From an uncultured bacterium (GTDB taxonomy: Bacteria; Hydrothermota; Tepidihabitantia; Tepidihabitantales; DTDR01): a stretch of 64,000 nucleotides of DNA. Each line of letters opens with the position of its first letter. Positions within the stretch are counted from its first letter, which is position 1. The position numbers and the translations under genes are program-made. Of this stretch, positions 54,084-63,707 are shown piece after piece. The notes below the pieces were generated by a model. The model made no database searches and was not told the origin of the DNA. It saw nothing but the letters and a program-made list of their open reading frames with translations. The DNA is taken from contig CAZDHW010000009.1 of the NCBI GenBank assembly GCA_964505415.1, positions 1,102-65,101 on the forward strand. The letters are read 5' to 3'.

Positions 54084-55359
54084 AATCTATCCCTTTTTTA
54101 CCAATATCGCTCCTAAATTGCATACCTTCAAAGTAGATTTCTTTTATCAAAGAGTAGGCATTTGCTTGGGCTTCTTTCAAGGTATTACCGAGACCACAAA
54201 CATTTAAAACTCGACCACCGCTGGTATAAAATTCGTTATCTCTCTTTTCAGTACCCGCATGGAAGATAATATTTTTCTCCTCTTCAATCTCCTTTTTTAA
54301 AGTAATCTTCTTTCCTTTTTCGTATTGATAAGGATAGCCAGCAGATGCCAAAACTACGCAAAGACAACTTTTATCATAAAATTCCAGTTCTTTTTTTAAA
54401 TTCTTCTCCTTTGCTAAAAGAATTATTTCTAATAAATCGCTTTTTAATAAGGGTAAAATTACCTGGGTTTCGGGGTCACCAAAACGAACATTAAATTCCA
54501 AAACATATAAATCTTCTTCGGTAAGCATTATTCCTGCATAAATAACACCACAATAAAAAATTCCTTCTTTTTCTAAACCAAAAAGTAAAGGCTTGAAAAT
54601 TTTTTCATAAGCTTTTAATATTAATTCTTTTTTAAAAAAAGGTACGGGTGAATAGGCTCCCATACCGCCGGTATTTGGTCCTTCATCATTATCTAAAAGT
54701 CTTTTATGGTCTTGGGAAGGTAAGAAAAGTAAAAGATTTTCGCTGTCGGTAATACCAATTAAACTTACTTCCTTTCCAAAAAGGCATCTTTCAATAACTA
54801 TCTTTTCTCCGGCTTTTCCCAATTTTTGATTGATAAGCAAATCGTCAATAACCTTAAAAGTACTTTCTTTATCTTTTAAAACAAAAGAGCCTTTACCGAA
54901 ACAAAGGCCATCAGCTTTAACCACGCAAAAATTATCTTTTTTCAACAAAGATAAAGCATAATCTTTTGCCTTTTTTATCTCATTTTCCGTAAACACCTCA
55001 AATTCGGCAGTTTTTATGCCGTATTTTTTCATAAACTCTTTGGCAAAAACCTTACTACCTTCTAAAAGACTCGCTTTTTTATTAGGGCCGAAAACCTTGA
55101 TACCTTTGGCTTCTAAGAAATCAGTAATCCCTAAGGATAACGGTTCTTCCGGACCAACAACTACTAAATCAATTTTTTTCTCTAAGGAAAATTTTAAAAT
55201 ATTTTCAAAATCATTAACCGGAATTTTTTCAACAAAGGCAATTTCCGAAATACCCCCGTTTCCCGGAAGAGCATAGACTTCCTTAACCAAAGAAGATTTT
55301 TTTATTTTCCAAACCAAGGCATGTTCCCGACCACCGCCACCAATTACCAGAACTTTCAT
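54055..55359 (-). CDS. purD: Phosphoribosylamine--glycine ligase PurD
   Basis: MKVLVIGGGGREHAL. ATP-grasp motifs. C-terminal PurD domain. 434 aa. Confidence 0.9.
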   Translation of the reverse strand: MKVLVIGGGGREHALVWKIKKSSLVKEVYALPGNGGISEIAFVEKIPVNDFENILKFSLEKKIDLVVVGPEEPLSLGITDFLEAKGIKVFGPNKKASLLEGSKVFAKEFMKKYGIKTAEFEVFTENEIKKAKDYALSLLKKDNFCVVKADGLCFGKGSFVLKDKESTFKVIDDLLINQKLGKAGEKIVIERCLFGKEVSLIGITDSENLLLFLPSQDHKRLLDNDEGPNTGGMGAYSPVPFFKKELILKAYEKIFKPLLFGLEKEGIFYCGVIYAGIMLTEEDLYVLEFNVRFGDPETQVILPLLKSDLLEIILLAKEKNLKKELEFYDKSCLCVVLASAGYPYQYEKGKKITLKKEIEEEKNIIFHAGTEKRDNEFYTSGGRVLNVCGLGNTLKEAQANAYSLIKEIYFEGMQFRSDIGKKGIDYEENNTSKS

Positions 55360-55366
55360 AAATTTT

Positions 55367-56140
55367 TTAGCGGTTTTTCAACTTTTCTAAGATTTTCTCT
55401 TTCCTAAAAGATAATTTCTTTACTTTTGGCTCCGCTTCAATATAGAAAGTGTGGTCTTCTGGTGAATACAAGGCGTTAAAGAAACCATAGCCAAATCCTT
55501 TAATATTACCTTTTTCACCCGGCTTCAAAGCCGGTCCAGTACCGGAATAAACCGTAATATTTCCTTCACCAGAAAGAATCTCCGCTACATATCCAGGAAA
55601 AATTCTTTGGGCATCAATTATTAAAAAGGTATCTTTCAAAACGGTATCTAAAGAAAAAGTAAAATCGTCATCTTCACCATTAGGATATAAAAAATCGTAT
55701 TCTATCCAAATAACCACTTCATACCAACTGGCACCTTCACTTTTTTGCCAGATAACTTTAAAAGGAAGCTCGCTTTTTTTGATTATCGTCTCTTCTTTCG
55801 GATAAAGGATTTCAAAATCCTTAGGCATAAAAACTTCACTATAGGCATTGCCCCCTTCATGTTCTATTTTCAATTTATAATTCTTACCGCTTTCAAAGGG
55901 TAAATAGTTTCCATAGAAGGCATAAGTGAAAGGTTCATTTATCAATGGTAAAAGAAGGTCGTTAATAAAAACCTTGGGAATCATTTTAAACCCCTTATAG
56001 TTATACACCACAACCTCTTGGAAATAACGCACATCATCTTTTGTAAATTCCATTTTCGAAACCCAACCCTGAATATAAACTTCTTCTTTTTTTTGACAAA
56101 AGATAAAAAAGATTAAAAGGAAAATTATTTTATCTCTCAT
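55367..56140 (-). CDS. Hypothetical lipoprotein/secreted protein
   Basis: Signal peptide with Cys (LIFFIFCQKKE). No recognisable motif. Confidence 0.35.
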   Translation of the reverse strand: MRDKIIFLLIFFIFCQKKEEVYIQGWVSKMEFTKDDVRYFQEVVVYNYKGFKMIPKVFINDLLLPLINEPFTYAFYGNYLPFESGKNYKLKIEHEGGNAYSEVFMPKDFEILYPKEETIIKKSELPFKVIWQKSEGASWYEVVIWIEYDFLYPNGEDDDFTFSLDTVLKDTFLIIDAQRIFPGYVAEILSGEGNITVYSGTGPALKPGEKGNIKGFGYGFFNALYSPEDHTFYIEAEPKVKKLSFRKEKILEKLKNR

Positions 56141-57257
56141 AATGCATCGGCATTAAAAGATAAAAAATTTCTTCATCACCTTTTATTTCCGAAGGCACAA
56201 TCTTCATCGCGGAAGTGGGTGAAGTGAAATAAATAGTGGCTTTTTCACTATCAACTTTGGAAAGAATTTCTTGAAGATAAACAGCATTGAAAGCAACCTC
56301 CATCTCTTCCCCCACATAACGACCGCTGATTTTCTCCGAACCTTTACCTACTTCTGGAGATTCGCTAAAAAGTTTTATTGCCTCTTCTTTTAAAGAAAGA
56401 ATCACCATTCGCGTCTTATCTTCAACCCGCGAAAATATCGAAACCCTTTTTAAACTTTTTAAGAAATCATCAACTTCAAAAGTATAGTAATTATCTTCGG
56501 CAGTAGGTATCGCCTTTTCGTAATCAGGGAAAGGACCTTCAATCAAACGGGAGATAAAGAAATATTTCTCACCTTCTAAATCATATTCAAAACCAATTCG
56601 CGTATCATCAAAATAGATTTTTACTTCTTTTATATCTTCTAATAGGAGTTCAAAAGCAGTTGGCGGAATAATCAGCGAAATATTTCTATTAATACCTAAT
56701 TCAATTTTCTTTTTATATAAAGCTAAGCGATAACCATCAGTGCCGACAAAACGAAGTTCGTTCTCCCTCACCTCTAAAAGGACACCGGTAAGTGCCGGAC
56801 GAGTCATCTCTTTAGAAACGCAGAAACCGGTTTTTTCAAACATTTCGATCAAAAGACGGTTATCAAAAGAAAAAGAATTCTCCGTTGGTAAGTCTTCTTT
56901 TTTGGGAAAATCTTCCGGGGGTACGGTAATAAATTGGTATTCACCTTTACTTGTTCTTAAAGAAAAATTGTTCTCTTCCAAAGAAACCTCTAAGAGCGGT
57001 TCGGAGATTTCTCTTAAATTTTCTAAAAGCTTTCGGCCAAAAACTACCGCCTCTCCCTTCATTTTAATATTATCTTTTCCCAAATACTTTTCAGTATAAC
57101 ACCAAAAATCTAAATCCGTGGCATAGATAGAAAAATTCTCATCATCGCAAGCAACATAAACATTTTGTAAAATAGGAAAGGTTGCTCGAGCAGGAACAAT
57201 TTTTATTACCCTTTCCAACAACCTTTTAAAAAGCTCGGTACTTATTTTCAATTTCAT
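56130..57257 (-). CDS. dnaN: DNA polymerase III beta subunit (sliding clamp) DnaN
   Basis: Three-domain clamp pattern. N-terminal MKLKISTELFKRLLERV...ILQNVYV. C-terminal LMPM region. 375 aa. Confidence 0.85.
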   Translation of the reverse strand: MKLKISTELFKRLLERVIKIVPARATFPILQNVYVACDDENFSIYATDLDFWCYTEKYLGKDNIKMKGEAVVFGRKLLENLREISEPLLEVSLEENNFSLRTSKGEYQFITVPPEDFPKKEDLPTENSFSFDNRLLIEMFEKTGFCVSKEMTRPALTGVLLEVRENELRFVGTDGYRLALYKKKIELGINRNISLIIPPTAFELLLEDIKEVKIYFDDTRIGFEYDLEGEKYFFISRLIEGPFPDYEKAIPTAEDNYYTFEVDDFLKSLKRVSIFSRVEDKTRMVILSLKEEAIKLFSESPEVGKGSEKISGRYVGEEMEVAFNAVYLQEILSKVDSEKATIYFTSPTSAMKIVPSEIKGDEEIFYLLMPMHYER

Positions 57258-58621
57258 AAAACCTCCTTTAAACCTTTTATTAATAATTTTACTTCTTCTT
57301 CTCTTACGGTTCGCAAATCTAATAAAAGACTATCATTTTCAATTCGTCCATAAATCGGAATTTTCCCTTTTCTCAATCTTTTTGCCAATTCCATAATATT
57401 TTCATTTTTAATTCTTAATAAATAAGTAGGCAATTTTACTCCGGCTAAAGAACCACCACCAATTTCACTCTCCCCTTCAATTATTGTTAATTGGTATTTT
57501 TCTTGCTTATCTTTTAAAGCTCTATAAACTTTTTTAGCCATTTTTTTTATCTCTTCTTTCTTCCTTAAAATCATTCGGATGACTTCATTTTCTTTTAATA
57601 ATTTTTCTTTATCAAAAAAAAGTCTCAAGGTGGCTTCTAAAATTGCCAACCGGGTTTTATCAATTCTTAAGATTCTCATAACGGGACAGGAAGCCAGTTT
57701 TTTTATGAGTTCTTTTTTACCAACAATTATTCCGCATTGGGGACCACCTAAAAGTTTGTCACCCGAAAAACAAACCAAACCGGCTCCTTTTTCAATACTT
57801 TCTTTTACTACCGGCTCTTTGGGTAAACCGAATTGGGAAAAATCAATAAAAGCACCGCTACCCAAATCATCAACCACTGGCAAATTATATTTTTCCCCCA
57901 ATTTTACCAAATCTTCAATAGGTACCTCTTTAGTAAAACCAATAAGGCGATAATTACTTTTATGAACTTTTAAAATCAGCGCGGTATTTTCATTAATTGC
58001 CTGCTCATAATCCCGCAAATGAGTCCGATTGGTAGTGCCAACTTCTTTTAAAATGGCTCCGGCTGATTTCATAATTTCTGGCAGTCGAAAGGCCCCACCA
58101 ATTTCAATCAACTCTCCGCGGGAAACGATAACCTCCCTACCTTCGGCTAAGGCTTTTAAAATCAAAAAAGTGGCACCCGCATTATTATTACACACCAAAC
58201 CAGCTTCAGCACCAGTTAAAGCTATTAATAATTTTTCCACATGACGCATTCGGCTTCCCCGACGTCCATCTTCTTCGTTAATCTCTAAATTACAAAAGCC
58301 ATCAAAAAGCTCACCAATCTTTTCTTTTAAATTTTTGATATAAGGTGCCCTCCCTAAACCAGTATGGAGAATCACACCGAGGGCATTTATCACCTTTTTT
58401 AAACTGGGCGAAACGGCAAAAGAAACATTCTCAATAATTTCTTCCTTATTTACTTCCTTTTTCTTACCGGCTAAAATAGCGCTTCTCAAATTATTAATTT
58501 CTTCCTTTAAAAAAAATAAAACCAGTTCCCGAGGATAAAGAGTTAACAATTCCTTTATTTTTGGTTCTTTTAACAAACCATCTACTGAGGGGATTTTCCT
58601 TAAAATATCTTCATTCACCAT
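57254..58621 (-). CDS. selA: L-seryl-tRNA(Sec) selenium transferase SelA
   Basis: N-terminal ILRKIPSVDGLL (compare E. coli LYSQLPAIDRLL). INALGVILHTGLGRA. VSRGELIEIGGAFRLPEIM. PLP Lys region FSGDKLLGGPQCGIIVGKKELI. Near-colinear with E. coli SelA. Confidence 0.9.
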   Translation of the reverse strand: MVNEDILRKIPSVDGLLKEPKIKELLTLYPRELVLFFLKEEINNLRSAILAGKKKEVNKEEIIENVSFAVSPSLKKVINALGVILHTGLGRAPYIKNLKEKIGELFDGFCNLEINEEDGRRGSRMRHVEKLLIALTGAEAGLVCNNNAGATFLILKALAEGREVIVSRGELIEIGGAFRLPEIMKSAGAILKEVGTTNRTHLRDYEQAINENTALILKVHKSNYRLIGFTKEVPIEDLVKLGEKYNLPVVDDLGSGAFIDFSQFGLPKEPVVKESIEKGAGLVCFSGDKLLGGPQCGIIVGKKELIKKLASCPVMRILRIDKTRLAILEATLRLFFDKEKLLKENEVIRMILRKKEEIKKMAKKVYRALKDKQEKYQLTIIEGESEIGGGSLAGVKLPTYLLRIKNENIMELAKRLRKGKIPIYGRIENDSLLLDLRTVREEEVKLLIKGLKEVL

Positions 58622-59660
58622 CTTGCTTTTTTAAGATTTTCTTAATAATTAGAGCCCTTTTTAAATCCCTTTCTTCAGCGGTAAGCTTTTCGTTTTTTAG
58701 ATAATGCATCAGATTAGCTCTTTTAACTAAAATGTTAAGAATATTAATTGTCAAAAGGGAGATATTTTTTATTATCCCCAAACAGATACCCAAACGGAGG
58801 TTTGATAAAAGATTAATGGCTTCTTCCGAATTTAAAAGCACCGCATTAGTTAAAATTCCATAAGAACGCCAAATCTTATCTTCAATCTCATTTTTTAAAT
58901 TTTTCAAAAGGTAATCCCGTGCTTTCCTTTCGTATTCAATAATCTGGTTTATGAGATTTTTGGTATTTTCAATAATCTCTTTTTCTTCAATACCGATAGT
59001 AAATTGATTACTTATCTGAAAATAACTACCCAAGGCAAGACTTCCTTCACCATAAATTCCTCTTACTAAAAAACCCATATTTTTAGCTGCTCTCACCACT
59101 TTCTCCATTTCGTTAGTCAAAACTAACCCGGGTAGATGAAGCATCACGCTGGCTCGCAAACCAGTGCCCAAATTTGTCGGACAAGCAGTTAAAAAACCAA
59201 ACTTCTCGGAAAAGGCATAGGGCAATTCTTTTTCTAATTTATCATCAATTTCGTTTATCTTTATAAAAATCTCATCCAGAGAAAAACCGGCTTCTAAAAC
59301 CTGCAAGCGGATATGGTCTTCTTCGTTTACCATAATACTAATTTTCTCTTCTTTATCAATAAAAACTGCTTTCTCATTTTTACTCAAAACGAAATCAGGT
59401 GAAACCAAATGTCTTTCCAAAAGATAATTTAAAAAAAATTCATCAAGGTTGTCACTGGTATAAACATTAAAACTATCTAATTTTAAAATGGTTTCTCTTA
59501 ATTCTTCAACAATCTCTTCTTGCTCTTTTTTACTCGCCTTCAAAAGAAAAAGATGGTTTTCTAAATTGCGGGCAAGTCTAATGCGGGAAGAAATACAAAC
59601 ATCCGATTCTTCCCTAATTTCCCTCAAAAAACCCGGCACCAACTCTTTATTCAATTTCAT
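58611..59660 (-). CDS. mcsB: Protein arginine kinase McsB (ATP:guanido phosphotransferase)
   Basis: ISSRIRLARNLEN signature, phosphagen-kinase fold motifs (CPTNLGTGLRASV), C-terminal dimerisation region. Confidence 0.85.
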   Translation of the reverse strand: MKLNKELVPGFLREIREESDVCISSRIRLARNLENHLFLLKASKKEQEEIVEELRETILKLDSFNVYTSDNLDEFFLNYLLERHLVSPDFVLSKNEKAVFIDKEEKISIMVNEEDHIRLQVLEAGFSLDEIFIKINEIDDKLEKELPYAFSEKFGFLTACPTNLGTGLRASVMLHLPGLVLTNEMEKVVRAAKNMGFLVRGIYGEGSLALGSYFQISNQFTIGIEEKEIIENTKNLINQIIEYERKARDYLLKNLKNEIEDKIWRSYGILTNAVLLNSEEAINLLSNLRLGICLGIIKNISLLTINILNILVKRANLMHYLKNEKLTAEERDLKRALIIKKILKKQDGE

Positions 59661-60180
59661 CCTTCTTTAACTCTTCTTCTTTTTCTTTAAGGATATCTCT
59701 AATCTTTGCTGCCCGCTCGTAATCCTCTTCTTCAATCGCTTTATTTAATTCCATTCTTAATTTCTTGATCTCGGAAAGTAAAAGCCCTCTTTTTTTTCCA
59801 ATAGTAACTCTTTTCCCCCGATGAAAAACCTCTTCTTCCTGTTCTTGTATGGTTGATTGAACTTTTTTGATAAAAGGAGTAAGCTTTTCTTCAAAGGCTT
59901 TAAAACAATCGGCACAGCCGAATTTACCGTACTTCTTAAATTCATAAAAAGATAAAAGACACCTTTTACAAACCAATTCTTTTTCTTCTTTCTCTTTAGC
60001 CTTTAACATTATTCTCAACAATTCATTAAGATTTACTGCCTTGCCACTTTCCAAAATTCCCTTTTTCTTGGCACATTCTTCACAAATAGAAATATCTTTT
60101 TTATTCCCTTTCTCATCAATCTCGGTGATCACCATTATGGCGGGATTTTTTTTACAGATTTCGCAAATTTTTTCTTTCAT
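59647..60180 (-). CDS. mcsA: McsA-like protein-arginine kinase activator (zinc-finger pairs + UVR domain)
   Basis: Four CxxC pairs (CEICKK, CEECAKK, CKRCLL, CADCFK). C-terminal UVR-like LNKAIEEEDYERAAKIRDIL. Confidence 0.75.
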   Translation of the reverse strand: MKEKICEICKKNPAIMVITEIDEKGNKKDISICEECAKKKGILESGKAVNLNELLRIMLKAKEKEEKELVCKRCLLSFYEFKKYGKFGCADCFKAFEEKLTPFIKKVQSTIQEQEEEVFHRGKRVTIGKKRGLLLSEIKKLRMELNKAIEEEDYERAAKIRDILKEKEEELKKDEIE

Positions 60181-60872
60181 ATTTTATTTAATTTTCCATC
60201 TTTTAAAAAATATCGCTCATTACAAATCTCCTTTATCTTTTCGTTATGAGAAACAACAATAATAGTCAAATCCCTTTTTTGATAGATTTCCATAATCATT
60301 GATAAAAGCATCTCACTACTTCTCAAATCCAAATTACCGGTTGGTTCATCCAAAAACAAAACTTTCGGTTCACCAACCAAAGCCCGAGCAACACTTACTT
60401 TCTGCCTTTCTCCGCCCGATAAATCTTTCGGGTATAATTTAATTTTATCAAGAATTTCTAATTCTTCAAGAATTTTTAAGGCCTTTCTTTTAGCCACTCC
60501 CTCTTTTTCGCCCCGAATTAATAAGGGAGTCATCACATTCTCCAAAACATTAAATTCGGGCAAAAGATAATGGAATTGAAAAAGGAAACCAAATTTCTCA
60601 TTCCGCAAACGAAAAAGTTCTTCAGCAGTTAATTTTTTTAAATCTTTGCCAAAAACCAAAACCTGCCCTTCCGTAGGATAGTCTAAACCGGAAAGGATAT
60701 GAAGAAGGGTTGATTTTCCACTTCCCGAAGGACCAAAAATTCCGTAAATATTTTTTTCATAAATAGTTAAATCAATCCCTTTAAGAACCTCGGTTTTTGA
60801 ATGATTATCGTAATAAATTTTTTTGATATTAATAGCTTCAATCAATTTATTCATAGCGCAAAGCTTCAACAA
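60177..60872 (-). CDS. lolD: ABC transporter ATP-binding protein (LolD/MacB-type)
   Basis: Walker A GPSGSGKST. Signature LSGGERQKVSVARAL. Walker B LFLDEPTGNLD. H-loop. Paired with FtsX-like permease. Confidence 0.75.
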   Translation of the reverse strand: MLKLCAMNKLIEAINIKKIYYDNHSKTEVLKGIDLTIYEKNIYGIFGPSGSGKSTLLHILSGLDYPTEGQVLVFGKDLKKLTAEELFRLRNEKFGFLFQFHYLLPEFNVLENVMTPLLIRGEKEGVAKRKALKILEELEILDKIKLYPKDLSGGERQKVSVARALVGEPKVLFLDEPTGNLDLRSSEMLLSMIMEIYQKRDLTIIVVSHNEKIKEICNERYFLKDGKLNKI

Positions 60873-62052
60873 CCACTAAGCTACTTGCCTTTTTTGCTGG
60901 GTAAAGAGCGGCTAAAAGGGAAATAGCTAAGGCGATACCGACCGTTAAAAAAATGTCGGTTAAATATAATTTTGTTGGCAGGTATTTAATAAAATAGACA
61001 TCGGCAGGCAGATTAATAATCGGATATTTTGATAAAATAAAAGAAATGATTATCCCAATTATGGCTCCGATTGCCGAACCACAAAGACCAACAAAGAAAC
61101 CATAATAAAGAAAAATCTTCATAACATTTTTCGTTTTTAAACCGATTGCTTTTAAAATACCAATTTCCTTAGTTTTTCTTATCACCAACATTGTTAAAGT
61201 AGCCACAATCCCAAAGCAAGCGATGATAATTAAAAGAGTCAAAACAATAAAGGTAACTACTTTTTCTAATTTCAAGGCGGCAAAAAGATTTTTATTCAAG
61301 GTCTGCCAGTCTAAAGCCCGATAAGGATAGGGAAGTAATTTATTTATCTTCTTTGCCAATTCCCTGGCTTTATAAAGCTCTTTTATTTTTAATTCTAAAC
61401 CAGTCACTTTCTTTTCACATTCCAAAAGTTTTTGGGCTTCCTGCAAATCAATATAGACAAGACTGGCATTATAATCATACATCCCGGCATCAAAAATCCC
61501 TTTCACGATAAAATTTTCCGCTTTGGGTAAATAGCCAAAGGGAGTTTTAATCGTGGCGAAGGGAGAATATAAGGTAACCTGGTCGCCAACAGTAACCCCA
61601 AGAACTTTGGCTAAATCTATTCCTAAGATAATTCCGGGGGAAGAACCGGAAGAAAGGTGAAAATCTCCCAAAATAATATTATTTTTAATATCCAGACTCT
61701 TTCGCTCATTTTCTTCAATCACTCCGCGGAGAACAATCCCATCGGAAGAAGTGGCACTTCTAATGAGTGTCTTGGTAAAAATAAAAGGGCTAACTAAACT
61801 GATTTCTTTTATTCCTTTTATTAAGGCTACCAAAGAATCTACATTGTCAATTAATTCGTAATTTCTTTTAATAATGATGATGTGCGGAGTATGTCCTAAA
61901 ATTCTTTTTTCTAATTCCAAATGGAAACCATTCATCACCGAAAGGACAATAATAATACAGGCAACTCCTAAGGTAACACTACCAATATTTATAAAAGAAA
62001 TCAATTTTTTTCCTTTGATATATTTCCAGGCAACAAATCTCTCAAAACTCAT
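60847..62052 (-). CDS. Lipoprotein-releasing system permease LolC/LolE-like (FtsX/MacB_PCD family)
   Basis: N-terminal TM, large periplasmic MacB_PCD-like domain, three C-terminal TM helices (FtsX). Confidence 0.7.
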   Translation of the reverse strand: MSFERFVAWKYIKGKKLISFINIGSVTLGVACIIIVLSVMNGFHLELEKRILGHTPHIIIIKRNYELIDNVDSLVALIKGIKEISLVSPFIFTKTLIRSATSSDGIVLRGVIEENERKSLDIKNNIILGDFHLSSGSSPGIILGIDLAKVLGVTVGDQVTLYSPFATIKTPFGYLPKAENFIVKGIFDAGMYDYNASLVYIDLQEAQKLLECEKKVTGLELKIKELYKARELAKKINKLLPYPYRALDWQTLNKNLFAALKLEKVVTFIVLTLLIIIACFGIVATLTMLVIRKTKEIGILKAIGLKTKNVMKIFLYYGFFVGLCGSAIGAIIGIIISFILSKYPIINLPADVYFIKYLPTKLYLTDIFLTVGIALAISLLAALYPAKKASSLVVVEALRYE

Positions 62053-63707
62053 CGCTCTTTTAACTGGGGGAAAAGAATCACCTCTCTTATGGCCGACTGA
62101 TTGGTCAATACCATTACCAATCGGTCAATACCAATTCCTAAACCACCACTGGGAGGCATCCCGTATTCTAAGGCTTTAATAAAATCTTCATCCAAGGGCG
62201 TTTCATCTTCTTTCAATTTTAGCAATTCCAAAAAACTCTCTTTCTGTCTTATTGGGTCATTCTCTTCGGAAAAGGCATTACCCAATTCTATTCCGCCAAT
62301 AAAAACTTCAAACCTTTCACATAAAAGGGGATTTTCCCGATGGGGTTTAGCCAAAGGAGTGGTAAATTTTGGATGGTCACAAACAAAGGTTGGTTGGATT
62401 AAATATTTTTGAATTAAAAAAGAAAAAAGTTTATCAATCAGTTTAGTTCGGGTTATTGCTTCTTTCACTTCTATACCCAATTCCGAAGCCTTTTTTTTCA
62501 AATCGGAAAAAGAAGCCGTAAGAATATCCATTCCCAATTTTTCGTTTAAAACTGAACAGAATTTTATCCTTTTAAAAGGAATTTGGGCCGAGATTAAAAA
62601 TTCAATCTCCCAATAACGGTCATTTTTTTTCCCCTCAAAATAATTCAAATTTTTCTGCTGACAAAAATTGATTAATTGTTGACAGGAATCAAGATAAGCT
62701 TTCTCTTCTTTCTCCTTTTCTTTTAAATAATAAATGTTAATCTTATTAATTGCTATTCCTTGGGCTAACAAATCTTCAATCCGCGGAAAAATCTCTTTAA
62801 AATTCCCTTCTTCGTAATAAAACTTTTCCGAATAAAAAAAGTTTTCTTGGTTATATAAATTTTTTACCAAATAAAGAAAGAGTTCTTCAAATAATTGCAT
62901 CATTGTCTCATAATCGGCATAGGCTTGATAGATTTCAATCTGGGTAAATTCGGGTGAGTGAAACCGGCTTATCCCTTCATTACGAAAATCTTTACCAATC
63001 TCAAAAACCTTTTCAAAATTACCAACCAGTAATCGCTTCAAATATAATTCATCGGAAATCCTTAGATAAAATTCTTTATTTAGACTCTCATAAAAGGTCT
63101 TAAAAGGGGTGGCAAAGGCTCCACCATAAAGGGGTTGTAAAATTGGGGTTTCCACTTCTAAAAAACCTTTATTCTGTAAGAATTCTCTAATAAGGGCAAT
63201 TATTTTACTCCTTTTGATAAAAATCTCCCTCACCTCTTCATTATTCAACAAATCCAAATATCTTTGACGATAACGAAGTTCCACATCTCTAATGCCGTGA
63301 TATTTTTCCCCAAAAGGTCTTAAAGCCTTTGCCAGCAAGGTGAAATCTTTAACCAGGATAGTAATTTCACCGGTTTTGGTTTTAAAGACTTCGCCAACGA
63401 CACCAATAAAATCACCAATATCAAAAAAATCTAATAACTGATACTTATCTCCCAAAACATCCTTCCTTAAATATAACTGGATTTTATCATAACCATCGGC
63501 TAAGGTATAAAACTTGGTTTTACCGAAATCCCTTTCTAAAAAAATCCGACCAGCAACTTTCACTTCGGTTTTATTTTGGCAAAGTTGGTCAAAATTATTT
63601 TTAACTTCTTGGGTGGTGTGGGTTCTTTCAAAAAAATAAGGATAGGGATTAATCTTTAACCCTTTTAACTCTTCAATCTTTTTCTTTCTAATTTCGTATT
63701 CATCCAT
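62049..63707 (-). CDS. lysS: Lysine--tRNA ligase, class II (LysS) with about 50-aa internal insertion
   Basis: N-terminal OB-fold anticodon-binding domain. Class II motifs 1 to 3 (FLEVETPILQ, GGLGIGIDRLVMVLT). 552 aa, longer than typical. Confidence 0.9.
   Translation of the reverse strand: MDEYEIRKKKIEELKGLKINPYPYFFERTHTTQEVKNNFDQLCQNKTEVKVAGRIFLERDFGKTKFYTLADGYDKIQLYLRKDVLGDKYQLLDFFDIGDFIGVVGEVFKTKTGEITILVKDFTLLAKALRPFGEKYHGIRDVELRYRQRYLDLLNNEEVREIFIKRSKIIALIREFLQNKGFLEVETPILQPLYGGAFATPFKTFYESLNKEFYLRISDELYLKRLLVGNFEKVFEIGKDFRNEGISRFHSPEFTQIEIYQAYADYETMMQLFEELFLYLVKNLYNQENFFYSEKFYYEEGNFKEIFPRIEDLLAQGIAINKINIYYLKEKEKEEKAYLDSCQQLINFCQQKNLNYFEGKKNDRYWEIEFLISAQIPFKRIKFCSVLNEKLGMDILTASFSDLKKKASELGIEVKEAITRTKLIDKLFSFLIQKYLIQPTFVCDHPKFTTPLAKPHRENPLLCERFEVFIGGIELGNAFSEENDPIRQKESFLELLKLKEDETPLDEDFIKALEYGMPPSGGLGIGIDRLVMVLTNQSAIREVILFPQLKER

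Noticed and set aside
56130-57257. dnaN not adjacent to dnaA/recF/gyrB
   Set aside because: An unusual location, but dnaN relocations occur in many lineages. No other origin-proximal signals (DnaA boxes, dnaA) are in the window to suggest an origin.
62094-62140. Near-tandem repeat GGTCAATACCA(T/A)T(A/T)CCAATC ... in DNA
   Set aside because: It is explained by the coding sequence for the repetitive peptide GIGIDRL at the LysS C-terminus on the minus strand. Not a regulatory repeat.
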